Source of the DNA: Octopus bimaculoides
Taxonomy: Eukaryota
Direction of reading: 5' to 3'
DNA length: 64,000 nucleotides
NCBI RefSeq assembly: GCF_001194135.2
Contig: NC_069000.1
Coordinates: 5,140,790-5,204,789, forward strand
Of this stretch, positions 1 to 14,613 are shown one piece after another; positions within the stretch are counted from its first letter, which is position 1; every line of letters begins with the position of its first letter. Under the pieces are notes generated by a model. It was not told the DNA's origin, ran no database searches, and saw nothing but the letters and a program-made list of their open reading frames with translations. A program made the position numbers and the translations under genes.

Positions 1-50
<50 letters not shown>

Positions 51-2184
51 ACAAATAGAGGAACGAAGCGAGTGAAGGAAAGAACATGAGAGCAGTATAT
101 TTGCATATATGCAAAGGTGCATATATTTCTAATGTACTTTTGTTTGAATGTGTGCCTATATGAATGTCTCTACGTATCTGTGTCTACGCATCTGTGTGCG
201 TGCGATTCTTAGCATATACGTATGCCTGATTACTGCCGCTCGATGAATATTTTGGGCCAGTTTAAATTAATAATGATCTATGCGCACATTTATTCTGAAG
301 CAGCTTCGCTGTGTAGGTAGGTTGATAAATCGACTTCCTTTTTCTTTCTCTCACTCTCTCTCTCTCTCTTCTTCTTCTTCTTCTTCTTCTTCTTCTTCTT
401 CTTCTTCTTCTTCTTCTTCTACTTCATGTTCAAGACCTGCAGGTATTGGCAACCATAGACCTCTACGTAAAAGTCTGAGAATTTATGATTTTTTCAGAAA
501 AATCGCTGTTGTAGATTCTCTGCCGTCTTAGGTACAGCTTTTGCAAGCTGGCTCGAGTTTATTCTTAAGACACAGGTTCATACGCCATCAAATAATATCC
601 AGAACCAGATCGATTTGTAATGAGGATCCGTTGGAAGGTAGTCCCCATCCGAGTCCGGTACTCTTTAGCAACAAGCGCCTCTTCTGCTCTGTTACCCATA
701 ACTGGGACACTTGTCAAGTTGTTATTAACCCCAAATGAAAACGAACACGGGCCTAGTAGTGGTGATTAATAGGCAACTTCCTGACTCCCAAATCTGTTGA
801 ATTCCCAGGGTCAAGTTCCATATTTCGCTTTTTGCTTTCTGTTATTTTTATTTCGAATCCATGTTTTTCTTTTTTGCTCAGCTTGAGTCGATTGCATATT
901 CTATCATACCTCCTCCATTCTTAGCTGCCATGGCAACTACTCTCCGTCGTCTCTTAATACATTTTATGACACTCACATCACTTCTGTTTGTCTGTCTCTC
1001 CGTCTGTTTGTCTCTCTATCTATCTGTCTCCTTCCCTGTCTATCTCTCATTCTCGACCTTCCTTGACGACTCCAGCCATTAATATCCATTGCACGCACCA
1101 TTTCTTCAATTTTCCCTTTTTCATTTGTTTTCCCATCATCTAAATGTCAACTCACACTCTCTTTCTGTCTCTTTTTCTTACTATAATAATGTGGCAATGA
1201 CTCTGAAGATTCGACTTGCATGTATCCATAGTCGTTACATCAATCAATTTTGAATCCCACAGTATATTTTGTCGCGCAGATGAGGGTTCGAACCAGAAAC
1301 CACACGTTTGCATGATGAACCTCCTAACCACTTAACCACAGCGACTGCGTTCGTGTCGTGACTATATTGCAAAGTAAACTACGTGCAAATATTTTGATGA
1401 GGATCATTTACGATGAATTAATTCTATATTTAAAATTTCTTTCAAAGTTTCGTAATGGAAGTAGTCTGCATGTTTTATCATAGACACAGTTGACGGCAGA
1501 ATAATGAGGAGAAGGCTCCAGAACATTCGAGAAATGCTAAATATTTATCGCTAATTATGTGCTGAAATATAGTTGCCTGAAGCATGTACAGTATATCATA
1601 ATTACATCCACTAATGGAGCAGTTCAAATTACCTATTGGTGTTTGTGGTATTATAGATGTCTTGAATACAACCAGTAATGGCGACCTTTGCACCGACTGT
1701 GCAAAGCACCGTTGGTTAGTCTCTTTGAACGCAATTAGATATTAATCAACCCCAAACTCCCAGATCTATTAAAGTTTGGCAATAGTTTGAGTTAAAATAC
1801 CACGTTGTTATTTATTGCCAAGGAAACTAACTACTAACAGTTGATCTTGGTAAAACTAGTTTAATATCATAACTTTCGTTTCGTGAAGAGGGGAAAGGAG
1901 TTTATTTATGGAATAAGATGACTTTTAATCAATATTATATCATATTATATAACATAATATAAACACAGGCTTAGCCATAGCTGTGTGGTAAAACGTTTGC
2001 TTTGCGAACTACATGGTTCCGTTTTCAATCCCATTACGTGGATACTTGGTGTTTTCTGCTATAGCTCGGCATCAACCAATGCCAAAGGAGTGGAATTAAT
2101 ACAGGGGAAACAAAAAGCAGCCCATGGAATTTCGGTGTTTATGTTTGTGTTTGTGTGTGAGCGAGACTCTTTCTGTTTGTCTCT

Positions 2185-2390
2185 CACTACCAATTAGTCG
2201 GCGTTTGTATGTCCCTGTAAAAATAGCAGTTCGACCCCAGTGCGTAACTGGTACTTTATTTATCGACCCCGAAAGGGTGATAGGCAAAGTCGACCTAGCG
2301 GAATTTAAACTCAGAACGTAACGGCAGACAAAATACCGCTAGGTATTTCGCCCGGCGTGCTAACGTTCCTGCCAGCTCGCTGCCTTTTTC
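2185..2390 (-). mobile_element. SINE family B copy
   Basis: Reverse complement of the 9512-9718 element (actggtactttatttatcgaccccgaaagg ... aaactcagaacgtaa ... cgcccggcgtgctaacg ... gccagctcgc). Confidence 0.85.
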
Positions 2391-2981
2391 TGCCAGTAGC
2401 TTAAAGGGATTCTCATAGGCTGCAATAACCGATATACTCTTGAGAGTATACAAACACCGCGAATTGGATTCGAACGCGTAAAATTTATTTCACAATTCAC
2501 AGTTAACATCAGTCAGATTTTTCGAACCACTTAACGATTGATGTGAGTACTTTAAAATGTTAAATTGAAAAGTTATTATTCGCTATAAAAACAGCCACGT
2601 TAAACCACTACATTTGCAGCACCTTTGATTTTCACTCCTCGTGTTCTCACTTTAGTTCTTCTCTATCAATTATGGAAATGGCATTTTATAACCCAATATG
2701 ATTTCCTATTTTGCACCATACATATTCAGCTTGTGTGTTCTTTTATTTAGTTATTTTTTTATATGTGTGTCACAAAGGTGGAGTATAAAGAAGGATACCA
2801 TTAAAATGGCGGATTATAAATCACATGGTGATGTGTTTCACGTTCTTTTTTTTATTTTCTTTTGTTTTTGTTTTCTTTTTTTCTTTTTAATTCGGATAAA
2901 AACGGAATATATGAAAAAAAGAAAATGAACAAACGCCCGAAACGTAGAATTGTCATGAAAAGAAATTATATAAAAATATAA

Positions 2982-2986
<5 letters not shown>

Positions 2987-3026
<40 letters not shown>

Positions 3027-3030
3027 TACA

Positions 3031-3107
<77 letters not shown>

Positions 3108-3125
3108 CTGTGTGTCTGTGTGTCT

Positions 3126-3167
<42 letters not shown>

Positions 3168-3515
3168 TATGAATGCTTATAGATCTTTGGGTGCGTGTAT
3201 ATGTCGGCGGGAAATAATAACTATTATAATGATGATGATGATGATGATGATGGTGGTGGTTATGGTGGTGGTGGCCGTGTTGGTTATAAGATAATTAATT
3301 ATGATAATAGAAAATAACAATAAAAACAATAATAATAACAGTAATAGTAATAACAATAATGATAAAAATAAAATTAATAAAAGCAACAAGAACACCGGCA
3401 CGACGACGGCGAGGAATACTACCACCACCACCACCACTAAAAACAACAACAACAAAAATAATGATAATAATAATAATAATAATAACAATAATAATGATAA
3501 TAATAATAATAATGC
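2987..3515. repeat. Dinucleotide (TA/CA/TG) and trinucleotide (ATG/AAT/ACC/AAC) microsatellite cluster, representative of dozens across the window
   Basis: Read directly from the sequence. Comparable tracts at 1-47, 22640-22790, 28408-28479, 30585-30660, 60995-61045 and 63830-63955. Confidence 0.95.
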
Positions 3516-4176
3516 ACTGTTGTGTAGATATATTTTCCTTGCTTTTATCATTTAAATATTTTTTTTTTCTGAGTTGCCAAACACACTTCAAACACATTGA
3601 ATTCTGAAGAAAAACATTAAAAATAATTTCTTGGAGACACAGACAGAAGAATATCTTTGAAAAGTAATTCCAACCTGTAGAGCCTCTTCAATACCATTTC
3701 TGTTATTACAAGAACATTGACTGCCAAAGGCTTACATTCTCTAAAGCGTATGTATATATGTATGCATTTATGTATGTGTTTATGTATGTATGTATGTATG
3801 TATGTATGTGCGTATGTATGTATGTTTATATGTCTGCTTGTGTGTATGTATATACGCAGGTATGCAGGAGGATGTGTCTGTATGTGTGTGAAAGTCTCCA
3901 TATATGTGTATATATGCGTATATCGGTGGACAATTCTTCAAATCAGATTATATTTGATATTGCCTACTTCTTTCTTCCTTTCTTTTAATATTTATACATA
4001 CAATTTCTGATTATTTCCCCTTTATTTATGTATACATTTCTTTATGTATGTACTATTCCGTACTTCTTCTCTGTGTGTGTGTATGTATATTTGTGTACCC
4101 ATGTGTACGTAGCTTTCATTTTGACTTTTGCAACGTAACGCTATGTATATGTGTATCTTGGTTGTCCATTTATCTT

Positions 4177-4226
<50 letters not shown>

Positions 4227-4302
4227 TGTGTGTGTGTGTGTGTGTGTGTACACATATATGTATATATAAATACATGTCTGTATATGTGTATGTATGTACC
4301 TG

Positions 4303-4348
<46 letters not shown>

Positions 4349-6423
4349 CGTCTATATTTCTATATTTCTATCTTATTTTACCTATCTGCATATTTATGTG
4401 TCCACCTAATTATAAATCTGTATGTATATACTTACATATATATATGTATATATATATATATATATATCTGAGAAAGCTAGATTATCTGCGTTTGTGTATG
4501 AAACATTGAATGATAGAGGTAGAAATAGACAAAAAGTAAAGAGACGAGATTATATGTATGAGAGATAAAGCGTGAGAGAGAGAGAGAGAAAGCGAGCGAG
4601 ACAGAAGCTGAGAGAGAATCGAAACACCTGTATATGTATATAAAAGCGTGTGCAGGTGATTGTATTAAAATTTCTGTATATACTTGTGGGTGTGCCACCA
4701 CCTCAGAAACATCTCATCTTTGTCTGAAACACTTCCAATGTCATTTCAAGTTTTTTTCTTTTACTGTGAATGAATTTGGAAACATTTATGTTTTCTTTTC
4801 ATGAACTTCATTCAGTGAACTGACTGTGGTTTCGGATGATGTAACCTGTGTCTCTAAATAGCTTACACTTACTTCATATGGTAATTACGTCACTCTTCTC
4901 TCCAATATATATTATAGATATAAAATATTTACTGTCCGTCGAAACATCCTTCCGTTTGTGCAGCTCATGAGCTGCCGCGAAGTGCCATAACTTTTGCCGT
5001 GCAATACCATTAGGCATGCATAATTCTTACATATTGAGATTAAGGTGCCGTGTCCCACCAAAGTAATGCATAGTGCAACTCTTCTCAAAGAAAGAGATCT
5101 TCCCTCCAAGGAACAGAATGAAGTAGAAAATGGTTTTATTCTAATTACTACTGGAAACAAAGGGAGAGAATAAGAAAGAATTTACAACTTACGTCGTTTA
5201 ATATACAGCATAGTTTAATTCCAGCTACCATTAGTCTCACCCTATGGAATTACGATAAATCTCACATATGTGTATATATATATATAAAGGCAAGCAGAGT
5301 TCGCAGTTATAGTAACCAACCCGTGGCTGTTATAGAAGACATGTCGAATGAGCTATGCAGTGGGGTGAACCAGGAACAATATGGTTAGGCAATAAACATC
5401 TTACCATACAGCCTCTATGAGCTCAGGTCAGACCTGATTGGAGAAGTTTTTAATCAAAGTCATACCAGCCACAGATATCACTATTTTCTTTTATTCTGTT
5501 AGATTATGGTTCGGTTTTATAACGAATTTAACTGTTACTTGCAACTTATTGATTAACGACGTTATTAAGCTTCCCATCCGTTCACAGAACCTCAACGTAT
5601 TGAAGCAAACTCCCTTCACTTCATACCCTACCAACAGTTTGGTTTTGTTTCCTTTTTATAAAAACAAACTAATCCTAAACGCATTGCATAGTATAATCCT
5701 AAAAGCATTATTTTTCAACAGAAAAACAAGAGCATATAAAACCTCAATAGAAGCTACCGCCCTCGCAATGGCACCAGTTTAAAACGCAAATGATAGTAGA
5801 TTATATGCTATCAATATTCCCATTGTTATACAGAATCCGGCCATGGTGCCAAAGCGTCTGTATCCTACAAGTCTCTTTTATCTAAACTGACAACAAGAAT
5901 ATTAAAAGAAACATTTCAACATTGAACTTTGCGCCTTCTTTACAATTTTCGATGACATCTTTTCATTTGATTTTCTTCGTTTTTTCTAGTAATTTTTCTG
6001 TTTTTTTTTTAATTTTAGTTAATCATTTTGTCAATCAATATATTTTTTTAGGTATCATTTCTTCTTATTTTTTAATTTCCAACATTTTAATTTTAATTTT
6101 TTTCCACAATGTATTCTGTTTTCCTAAAAGTAAATTGTCATTTTTCTCTCCATTGCATTCTTCTTCTTCTTCTTCTTCTTCTTCTTCTTCTTCTTCTTCT
6201 TCTTCTTCTTCTTCTTCTTCTTCTTCTTCTTCTTCTTCTTCTTCTTCTTCTTCTTCTCAGTAGTAGTAGTAGTGATTGTAGTAGTAAGGTGGCGAGCTGG
6301 CAGAGTCGTTATGGTGACAGACAAAACGCTTAACAGCATTTCGCCCGTCTTTACGTTCTTTTGTTTTTCTATAAATTTGAACTATATATAAAATTTTCGG
6401 ATCTTGTGCCTACGGTAGAAAAG

Positions 6424-6459
<36 letters not shown>

Positions 6460-7114
6460 AACTTATGATAGTCTTACTGGTTTGGTTTTTCTATATAAAA
6501 CATTGCTATCTCCGATTCTCTTTTATGTAACTAATTCATAAAACAACATCAGTCTTGGGCGCGTGTCTATGCGTGTCCCCATTTAATAAACGAATGCTCA
6601 CTTATTGCCTGCAGAGACAGAGCTTCTCTATGTCATAAAGTGTGCAATATAAATAGACGTTCATTTCGACATAATACTCTAGGTCTCTTTCTGCATGAGT
6701 GTGCGTATTTTCATGCTCTTCCTGTAGCGTATGGGTGCGATTCTGATAGTTCGATATGATGTTATGGGTTTTGAAATAAGTGTATGTTCTTGTTCAACAA
6801 AATCACTTCGACGCCAATCGAACTGTGAAAGAAGTATTTCATTCGCCAGTCAACCATGTAACTTGACAATACACAGCTATATATCAACATTTCTTGTAAT
6901 GATTAACAGGCACAATGGCATAGTTAGTCTTCATCAACACCCATCATCTGCCGCCAATCTCCCGTCGAGTCCCCGTCTTATACTCACCCAACAACCGACC
7001 CGACCTCGACATCACATCTACATATGTTAGTGTATATGTTTTCTATGTCTGGAAGCATAGTCACCGTACGTTTACATATAAACATACAAACATATGTATG
7101 TATGTAAGTATGTA

Positions 7115-7145
<31 letters not shown>

Positions 7146-7388
7146 GCATACATACATGTATATATGTATATATTTATATATATGTATACCTGCATATATA
7201 CAAGTATATATGTATGTAAATATATATAAATGTACATATGCATATATATAGAGATGTATGTATACACACATATGTGTAAACATCTATGCAGACATACGCG
7301 CTGCTGTTATTAACTAATTCCCATACACACACACACACACACATGAAAGCAGTCACAGTTTCAGCATCATACATTCACNNNNNNNNNN

Positions 7389-7449
<61 letters not shown>

Positions 7450-7888
7450 CATACACACACACATATATATATATATATATGTATATATACCCATACAGAT
7501 ATACATATATATACATATATACATATATATGAACACACATACATATGTGTACACCTATCTTCACTTCAATTATGATTTGTTGTGACATGTTAACTTGTCT
7601 TTTACTAAAATCTATCTTGTGATTCTTTATTATTCACAATTCATTCATTTCCGCTTGTTTTTGTATTTTTGTTTATTGTTGTTTCTGTCTTATTCTATCC
7701 CGTCTCCAATTTTCATTTTACCTTGGGTCAATACATCATTGTATTTCGTAAAAGAATCAAATCAATTTTGAAAAATATTTCTCTTCTCATTTTACTTCTC
7801 CTTGTTTCATATATACATACTTATAACCACTCACCCACATGCATATACATATACATAAATACATACGTACATACATATATACATACAT

Positions 7889-7921
<33 letters not shown>

Positions 7922-8359
7922 CATACAGACACACACACACATATATATATATATACATACATACATGTATATATATATATATATATANNNNNNNNNNNNN
8001 NNNNNNNNNNNNNNNNNNNNNNNNNNNNNNNNNNNNNNNNNNNNNNNNNNNNNNNNNNNNNNNNNNNNNNNNNNNNNNNNNNNNNNNNNNNNNNNNNATA
8101 TGCATAAGGGTGTATATATATATGTCTCTCTATGTGTGTGCGTGCGCGCTCTTTGTATCATCAATATTTTTATTTTTCTGACAATGATTGATTGATTTTT
8201 AGATTTTTATATTTCTCGTGATTTTTTTTTCTTTTCTTTTTCACTCCGAAGTGAGAATACAAATTTTCTTTTCCTTTTTGGCACTCTCATATGTCAAAAT
8301 AACAATACTAATAATAGAGAAAAAATAACAACAAAAATAACATCAACAATGATAAAAAT

Positions 8360-8393
<34 letters not shown>

Positions 8394-9071
8394 GCAATAA
8401 TGATAAGAAAACGAACAACAAAAACAACAGCAAAAACAATAATAATATTAATAAGCATAATATTGATAATAATAATGATTATAATCATGTCGCAGAAAAT
8501 ATGTTTTCCTTAGAAAAAAGTTATCGCAGACGTTTCAATAAAAAAGCATAACATTGTTTGACGAAGTCAAAAACAAAGACCGACAAATGGAAATCTATTT
8601 TATGGAATAAAACTAAATGTCATTGTTTAATATTACTATTGCGCCTTTTGTTCTTTTTATATATTCCTTCATTTATTTTATCAAACAAGAAGTGTGATTC
8701 GCTGCTATTTCTACCATTCAGAGTGGCTGTACAGAGGCTCTGTCAATGCTCTTCTTATCTGGAAAGGTGGAGTTTTCACGTAGCATACATACGCACTCGA
8801 CCCCCCCCACACACACACACACACACAAACGCCCACACAAACATATATATATTAGAGTGTTACTCGCCATTCGTCACCTAACTATAGAAGAGTACTTTTG
8901 TCATCATCGTTATTATTGGGAAATATGGCATACATATAAAATATTAAATAGCTTTTTATCTAATTTCCTTCTGCTTATATGAAAATCTAGAAATGAATGC
9001 TACGTTTTAAACGAAAAAATATTTAACATAGAATAAATTAAAGTAAAAGAAAAAAAAGAAATAACTCACGT

Positions 9072-9355
9072 GGAGTCGCAATAGCCCAATGATTAGGGAA
9101 GTGGCCTCGTGGTCGTAGAATCGCAGTTTCGATTCCCAGACCGGACGTTGTGAGAGTTTATTGAGCGAAAACACCTAAAAGCTCCACAAGGGTCCGGCAG
9201 GGGTTGGTGGGGAAACCTGTTGTACTTACTCACCACAGCTTTCTCTCACTCTTTCTTCCTGTTTCTGTTGCACCTGTGTTTCAAAGGGACCAGCCTTGTC
9301 GCACTCTGTATTACGCTAAATCTCCCCGTGAACTACGTTAAGAGTACACGTGTCG
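9072..9355 (+). mobile_element. tRNA-derived SINE
   Basis: Head ggagtcgcaatagcccaatgattagg (A box) and gtttcgattccc (B box), followed by a non-tRNA body. Confidence 0.7.
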
Positions 9356-9511
9356 GACTCTTACGCAAATTGTTAGAAAGAATTCAACACACCGCAGATT
9401 TCAGGAATTGTACATATATGTATATGTCTACATATATAGTTTTGCAGCCATGCATATACACAGAAAGGTACACACGTACACACGTATATATATCGTCAAT
9501 ATTCAATGATT

Positions 9512-9718
9512 GGCGGAAGCGTTAGCACGCCGGGCGAAATGCTAACCGGTATTTCGTATTCCTTTATGTTCTGAGTTCAAATTCCTCCGAGGTCGACTTT
9601 GCCTTTCATCCATTCGGGGTCGATAAATTAAATACCAGTTGCATACTGGGTCGATCTAATTGACTGGCACCCTTCCCCAAAAGATTTTGGTCCTTGTGCC
9701 TATAGTAGTAAAGAATAT
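9512..9718 (+). mobile_element. Abundant SINE family B (core cctttcatcc.ttcggggtcgataaattaagtaccag)
   Basis: gttagcacgccgggcgaaatgc head, gttctgagttcaaattcc B box, conserved core and ccttgtgccta..gtag tail. The same sequence recurs many times in the window. Confidence 0.88.
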
Positions 9719-12392
9719 TCATTGACATAAGGGTGGTGTATGGATGTAGCGTGTTTTTGTTTTCTTTTTTGGTCATAATTTCAGTATTTGTTCATAGTAA
9801 ATCCGGGAAGTTAACAACATCGTTAGCAAGCAGTGTAAAAAGCTCAGCATTATTTTGTCCGATGAAGCTGAATCAGCCTTTGGGGAACGATAAAATGTTG
9901 ACCAATTGAGCACTGAGGTCAACGACCCCGACTTAGCATCTTCCCTGAAACTGAAGGCCCTATGTCAAAATTTGAAAAATTATTTATTCATGGTATACCA
10001 TCTTTTCATTTCTGCTACATAATGTTTCAATTTGTGCTAAAAATCACTGTCAAATCTCCTCTCACATATGTACTACATTTTTAAGAGAGGAGGAATATAT
10101 TTAAGAATGTACTAGAGATATATTACCTTCTCTAAATAAAGAACATAGAGATTAGATTGCCATGGCTGGCAGAAATATGTTTATAAGTGATCTGGATCAG
10201 GATTCACCCGAGGCGAAACAAGAACAGCAAATGTACACGTATATAAAGAGATTCCCAGCTGAGAGAGGAAATGTTTAAACAGATTATTTCCGCCTGATTT
10301 TTTGCGAATTGATAATAGACCCCGTGGCGTATGGTTGTTGTATATTTGATATCTTGTTTAAAATACTGCTTTGCTATACTTGTTACTCAAAGATAACTAT
10401 ATGCATTAATGTTCTTTCTGTATATCATACAACCTCAAACAGACTTAATCTTTGCTACTTTGGATCCGGAAATATATTGCAACCAGATTATATCATGGAA
10501 AGTTTATAAAGAAGATTGACCATCCCTCGTCGTCGAATTTTAAGATTATATTTCCATGATATAATCTGAAATTTTAGAAAAAGAAATTTTGTAAGAATGT
10601 AGAACATATTCAGTTGTTGTGCATCATTCGTCCATTACTTTAAAAATATGAGTTACTGGATAATCTAATTACGAGTAAAAATAATTTGTGAGAGCCGCGT
10701 AATCTATCCTAAAGCAATCTATTCTTCATACAGTATAGATGTAGATTTAGGAACCACTATTTAAGTGTTTCGCTCTTGAGCTGCTATAAATAAGAAATAT
10801 AACTGCCTGGAATCGTTGCCTTGTCTCTAAAAAAGGAAGGAATTTATGATATAGTCCTAAATAGATTTTGTAAAATACTGCATTGTTATAGCTGGAACAA
10901 TTTCCATCATTGGTCTGATCAGATTATAATGCTTTGTGACGTTACAAAACAGCATAAACAACAATTTGTTTTATCTACAGCCAACGAGGAAATCATTCCG
11001 CCTTTGCTGGTTCAAGTAGAAATAACAAGTAATTCTTCCTCACCTCACCCAAAGTATCCTCTACAAAATTTAAGATATACTGAAAAAATTTCTTCTCGCT
11101 ACAGAGCCTACAAACACATCAGGCTGAGATGAGAGAAGCAGTAACAACTACAGAAATAAATCCGAGAATCGCTGTAGTCCCATATAAACTCTATAAATAT
11201 GTCTGTTCCAGTTTTATGAAAGATAATAATGAAATCCCTGAAGGTGGCGAGGAGGCAGATTCGTTAGCACGCCGGGCGAAATGCGTTGATAGGGTCAATT
11301 GGTGCACTCATCGTCGCAAACGATGGAGTACCGGTATAATAAGAAAATACAAAATATAATGACATGTAATTGTTTCGGATTGAGGTAGAAAGTCAGTAAT
11401 TTTCATCGGAGGGATGGAGTGGATTACATCTATTTCTGTACCTCATGGATACTTTAGTTTATCGATCTCAAAAACATGAAAAATAAATGAGTTCACGATT
11501 GGGTTTGAACGAAGAGCGTAAGGCGGTACTTTGTTCGACACACCAACGAATCTTTCAATCCACAAGTCTTTTCTTATCTGTGTACAATTATAGCTGTTCG
11601 GTTCATTTCCACAGTCACACAATACATTTACATATAGCGAGAGTGAACATGAAAGGTGAACATGAATGCTTGGCGGAAAGCAAAGAGTTAAATTACTCCC
11701 CAAACGCAGTGAAAGAGAAACAGTCACAGAAGAAGAGCAGGGGGAGGAGAGAGAGTAAATGAAAGAGCAGTTAAAAATGAGTCATAAAAAATGAGACATT
11801 AGCTTTTAGTTTGTTTTTTTTTCTTTTAAAGATAATAGATATTTTCTGTTGAAAACTAGTATTCATTTCATTATTCTGTATATGCACCAAGAGATTTGAT
11901 AAAAATTAAAATATTATTATTGATTGTATACCATATACGTTGATATTACCCATGACGGTTACCTGTGATATGGAAGCCAACGCTATTTGAATTATATCAT
12001 CTATGTACTTCATGAACAATTTACAGAAAATGGCACAAAAGAACAGATAAAATAGCGCAGATTAAAACCAGGAAGATCGAAGTCAGAGGAAAGTTATGAA
12101 GTTATCCTAGGGTAATACACAACAAACTATTCCACACTTTAGGTGCAGGGTCTTCCAAACTTCAGAATTCTGGGTTCAGTCCCACTGTGTGGCATCTTGT
12201 GCGAGTGACTTCTAGTGTATGTTTGGGCAGACTAAGGCCTTGTGGATTTGGAAGACAGAAACTGAAACGGGGGAGTTCTGGAAAGTTCCTGGCTTTCGGG
12301 AAAGAAAATAGAGGTGAATCAGTTAATTATGATTTTATTCGACATATTTCACACACATATCGTCATTGCTATTTATATCATCACCAACTAAA

Positions 12393-12535
12393 TTCTTCTT
12401 CTTCTTCTTCTTCTTCTTCTTCTTCTTCTTCTTCTTCTTCTTCTTCTTCTTCTTCTTCTTCTTCTTCTTCTTCTTCTTCTTCTTTCTCCTCCTCTCCTCC
12501 TCTATACTCATCATCATCATCATCGTCGTCATCTT
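12393..12535. repeat. (CTT)n-(CCT)n-(CAT)n microsatellite
   Basis: Read directly from the sequence. Similar (CTT)n tracts lie at about 368-421 and 6158-6257. Confidence 0.95.
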
Positions 12536-13707
12536 CCTCATCATCGCCAAACACATGACGTTCAGTATATTCCGCCATAAAGACGTCGATCCCCAACAAC
12601 AGCCGACAGTACCTCAATTGCCATAATTCTTCACTCACTGCTCTCTTTTTATGAACATGGAGTGTAAAAATCCAGAACATTGAATGAAAGTATTGTTTCA
12701 TTTTAAGCACTGTCGATTGTCACATTTTGCGTCAAGCATTCACATTGTTCTTCATCTTATTCCAAGTCGGTAATACAAAAGATCAACCTAGAGGCCGTGA
12801 TCATTTTCTTCCATCACGATCTCGTTTACGTTCTGAGAACAACCAAGCGAAGGGCGTATTTTGTCATCTTCTTGTTAATTAATTTTGCTTTTCTTTCTCT
12901 CGTGATGACTGACTACTGCACAAAATGTCTAAGGCACACTCTACATTTATTTATTTCTTACAGTGTAAGACTAATACTTATTAACTTGCATGTTTAGTCT
13001 TTATATTTTCGTTGCTGCGTTCCGGATACATTTAATTCCGTTCACTGGATTATTTATCACAACGACTTAGACATCTGATTTATCAGATAAATCTCAAATC
13101 GGATTGCGCTGGATCTATAACCATCGTTGTTGTCGGTGATGTCAATATTATTCGACAAAATAAAATACCAGTCAAGCAGTAAAGCTGATCGTATCGACTG
13201 ACACTTTTCCTAGAAACCTAACGTCATTGTGCCTCAATTATTATTTGTTCATGGGTGACACCCTCTCCCCCACACTGGTCGTGGATTTTGTTAACGCTTT
13301 TTGTTTTGGCGGGGGGGGGGAATCATTATTGTTTAATTGTTTGCACATTCCGACGTAAATCACCGACGTCATTTATATTTCTTCTGTCCTAAATCGATGT
13401 GACCGAGAGAGAAGAATTGTCGTTCCGGTTGTTAATCTGGTAACAACGATGACAGTAGCTTCAGTTAATTGCTAGTTTTAGAAGAATGATATCAAAGGTC
13501 ACTACAGTTGTTTTCGTTATCAGAACACAAATGATTGAGAAAATTAAATGCTGCACAGTGGGTTACCGATTCTAGGAACAATTTACTCCTTTCGCATGTC
13601 TACACATGTTGAGGAAGGAATTGTTTAAATCAGATAGCGATGCACGAACCAAGGAATCAATCACTAGATGAATTAATCAATCAATCAATCAGTCAATCAA
13701 TCAATCA

Positions 13708-13762
<55 letters not shown>

Positions 13763-14613
13763 CACTTGGAGAAACGGTCGAAATCGAAGCAGACCAAGCT
13801 ATAAATAATAACGTATTCATAATGGATCCACTGGATCCTGAACAAAGATATATAACAATAGGACAAAAACGGGGCTTGAAATAGCAGCTACGCATCTATA
13901 CCATTATGCCATTCTCCTTTACAAAATAACGAAGGGAGACGCATTTAATTAATGCAGTCTTTTGTAAAATTAAGTCTGAATAAACGAAGGATTCCAGTTC
14001 AGAAGTGTTTTGATCTGAATACCGTTCAATTAGTAATGGTGATGGTGATGCCGATGGCGGTAAAAGGTTTAAACAAGAATAACAACAATAAGAAAAACGA
14101 CAATGAAAACAGCATCAACAATGCCTGGAAATGTAGAGACGATCCATTAATAGAATGTCAACGTTGCAATAGAAATGAAATTAAAAGTTATTCAGGCGTG
14201 ACTGCGGTGGCTTCGTTTTGATAACTGTTCGAATGTGAAAATGATGGAAGTATGATGGGAGATATGTGTAAGATATCAGCGAGAGATTTTGAAAGAGAAG
14301 GAGGAGAGGGGAGGAGGAGGGGAGACGAAAAAGAAGAAGAAGAAGAAGAAGAAGAAGAAGAAGAAGAAGACGCTATGAAGAATGCTACTACCCATTTTTT
14401 CATTCATTCGCAGTCTTTCTCCTACTCTCGCTTCTTCCTTATCTCTTTCCTTATCTCTTTCTCCCTCTCTTTTTTTCGATTGTGGTGGAAACCCATGCCC
14501 TGCGAGGGATGGGAACCCTAATAACGACGCCGACGCCCGAGTAAGTGTGGACAAGAAGGCCCCTTCTACAATAACCGATCATTGGATCACACCATGTGAA
14601 CCACCCTCGTGGA

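Noticed and set aside
1265-1350. tRNA-like sequence (and similar ones at 9072 and 53150-53235)
   Set aside because: A and B boxes are present, but there is no intact cloverleaf or acceptor stem. These are SINE heads, not tRNA genes.
12381-12710. ORF ...EELWQLRYCRLLLGIDVFMAEYTERHVFGDDEED...(E)n
   Set aside because: The acidic tail is a (CTT)n/(CAT)n microsatellite. The region is more plausibly 3' UTR or flank of the predicted gene.
12946-14613. Possible long 3' UTR with dispersed AUUUA elements and AATAAA at 12946-12955 (minus strand)
   Set aside because: About six isolated AUUUA pentamers is near expectation for such AT-rich DNA, there is no overlapping ARE cluster, and the 3' end cannot be fixed from sequence alone.
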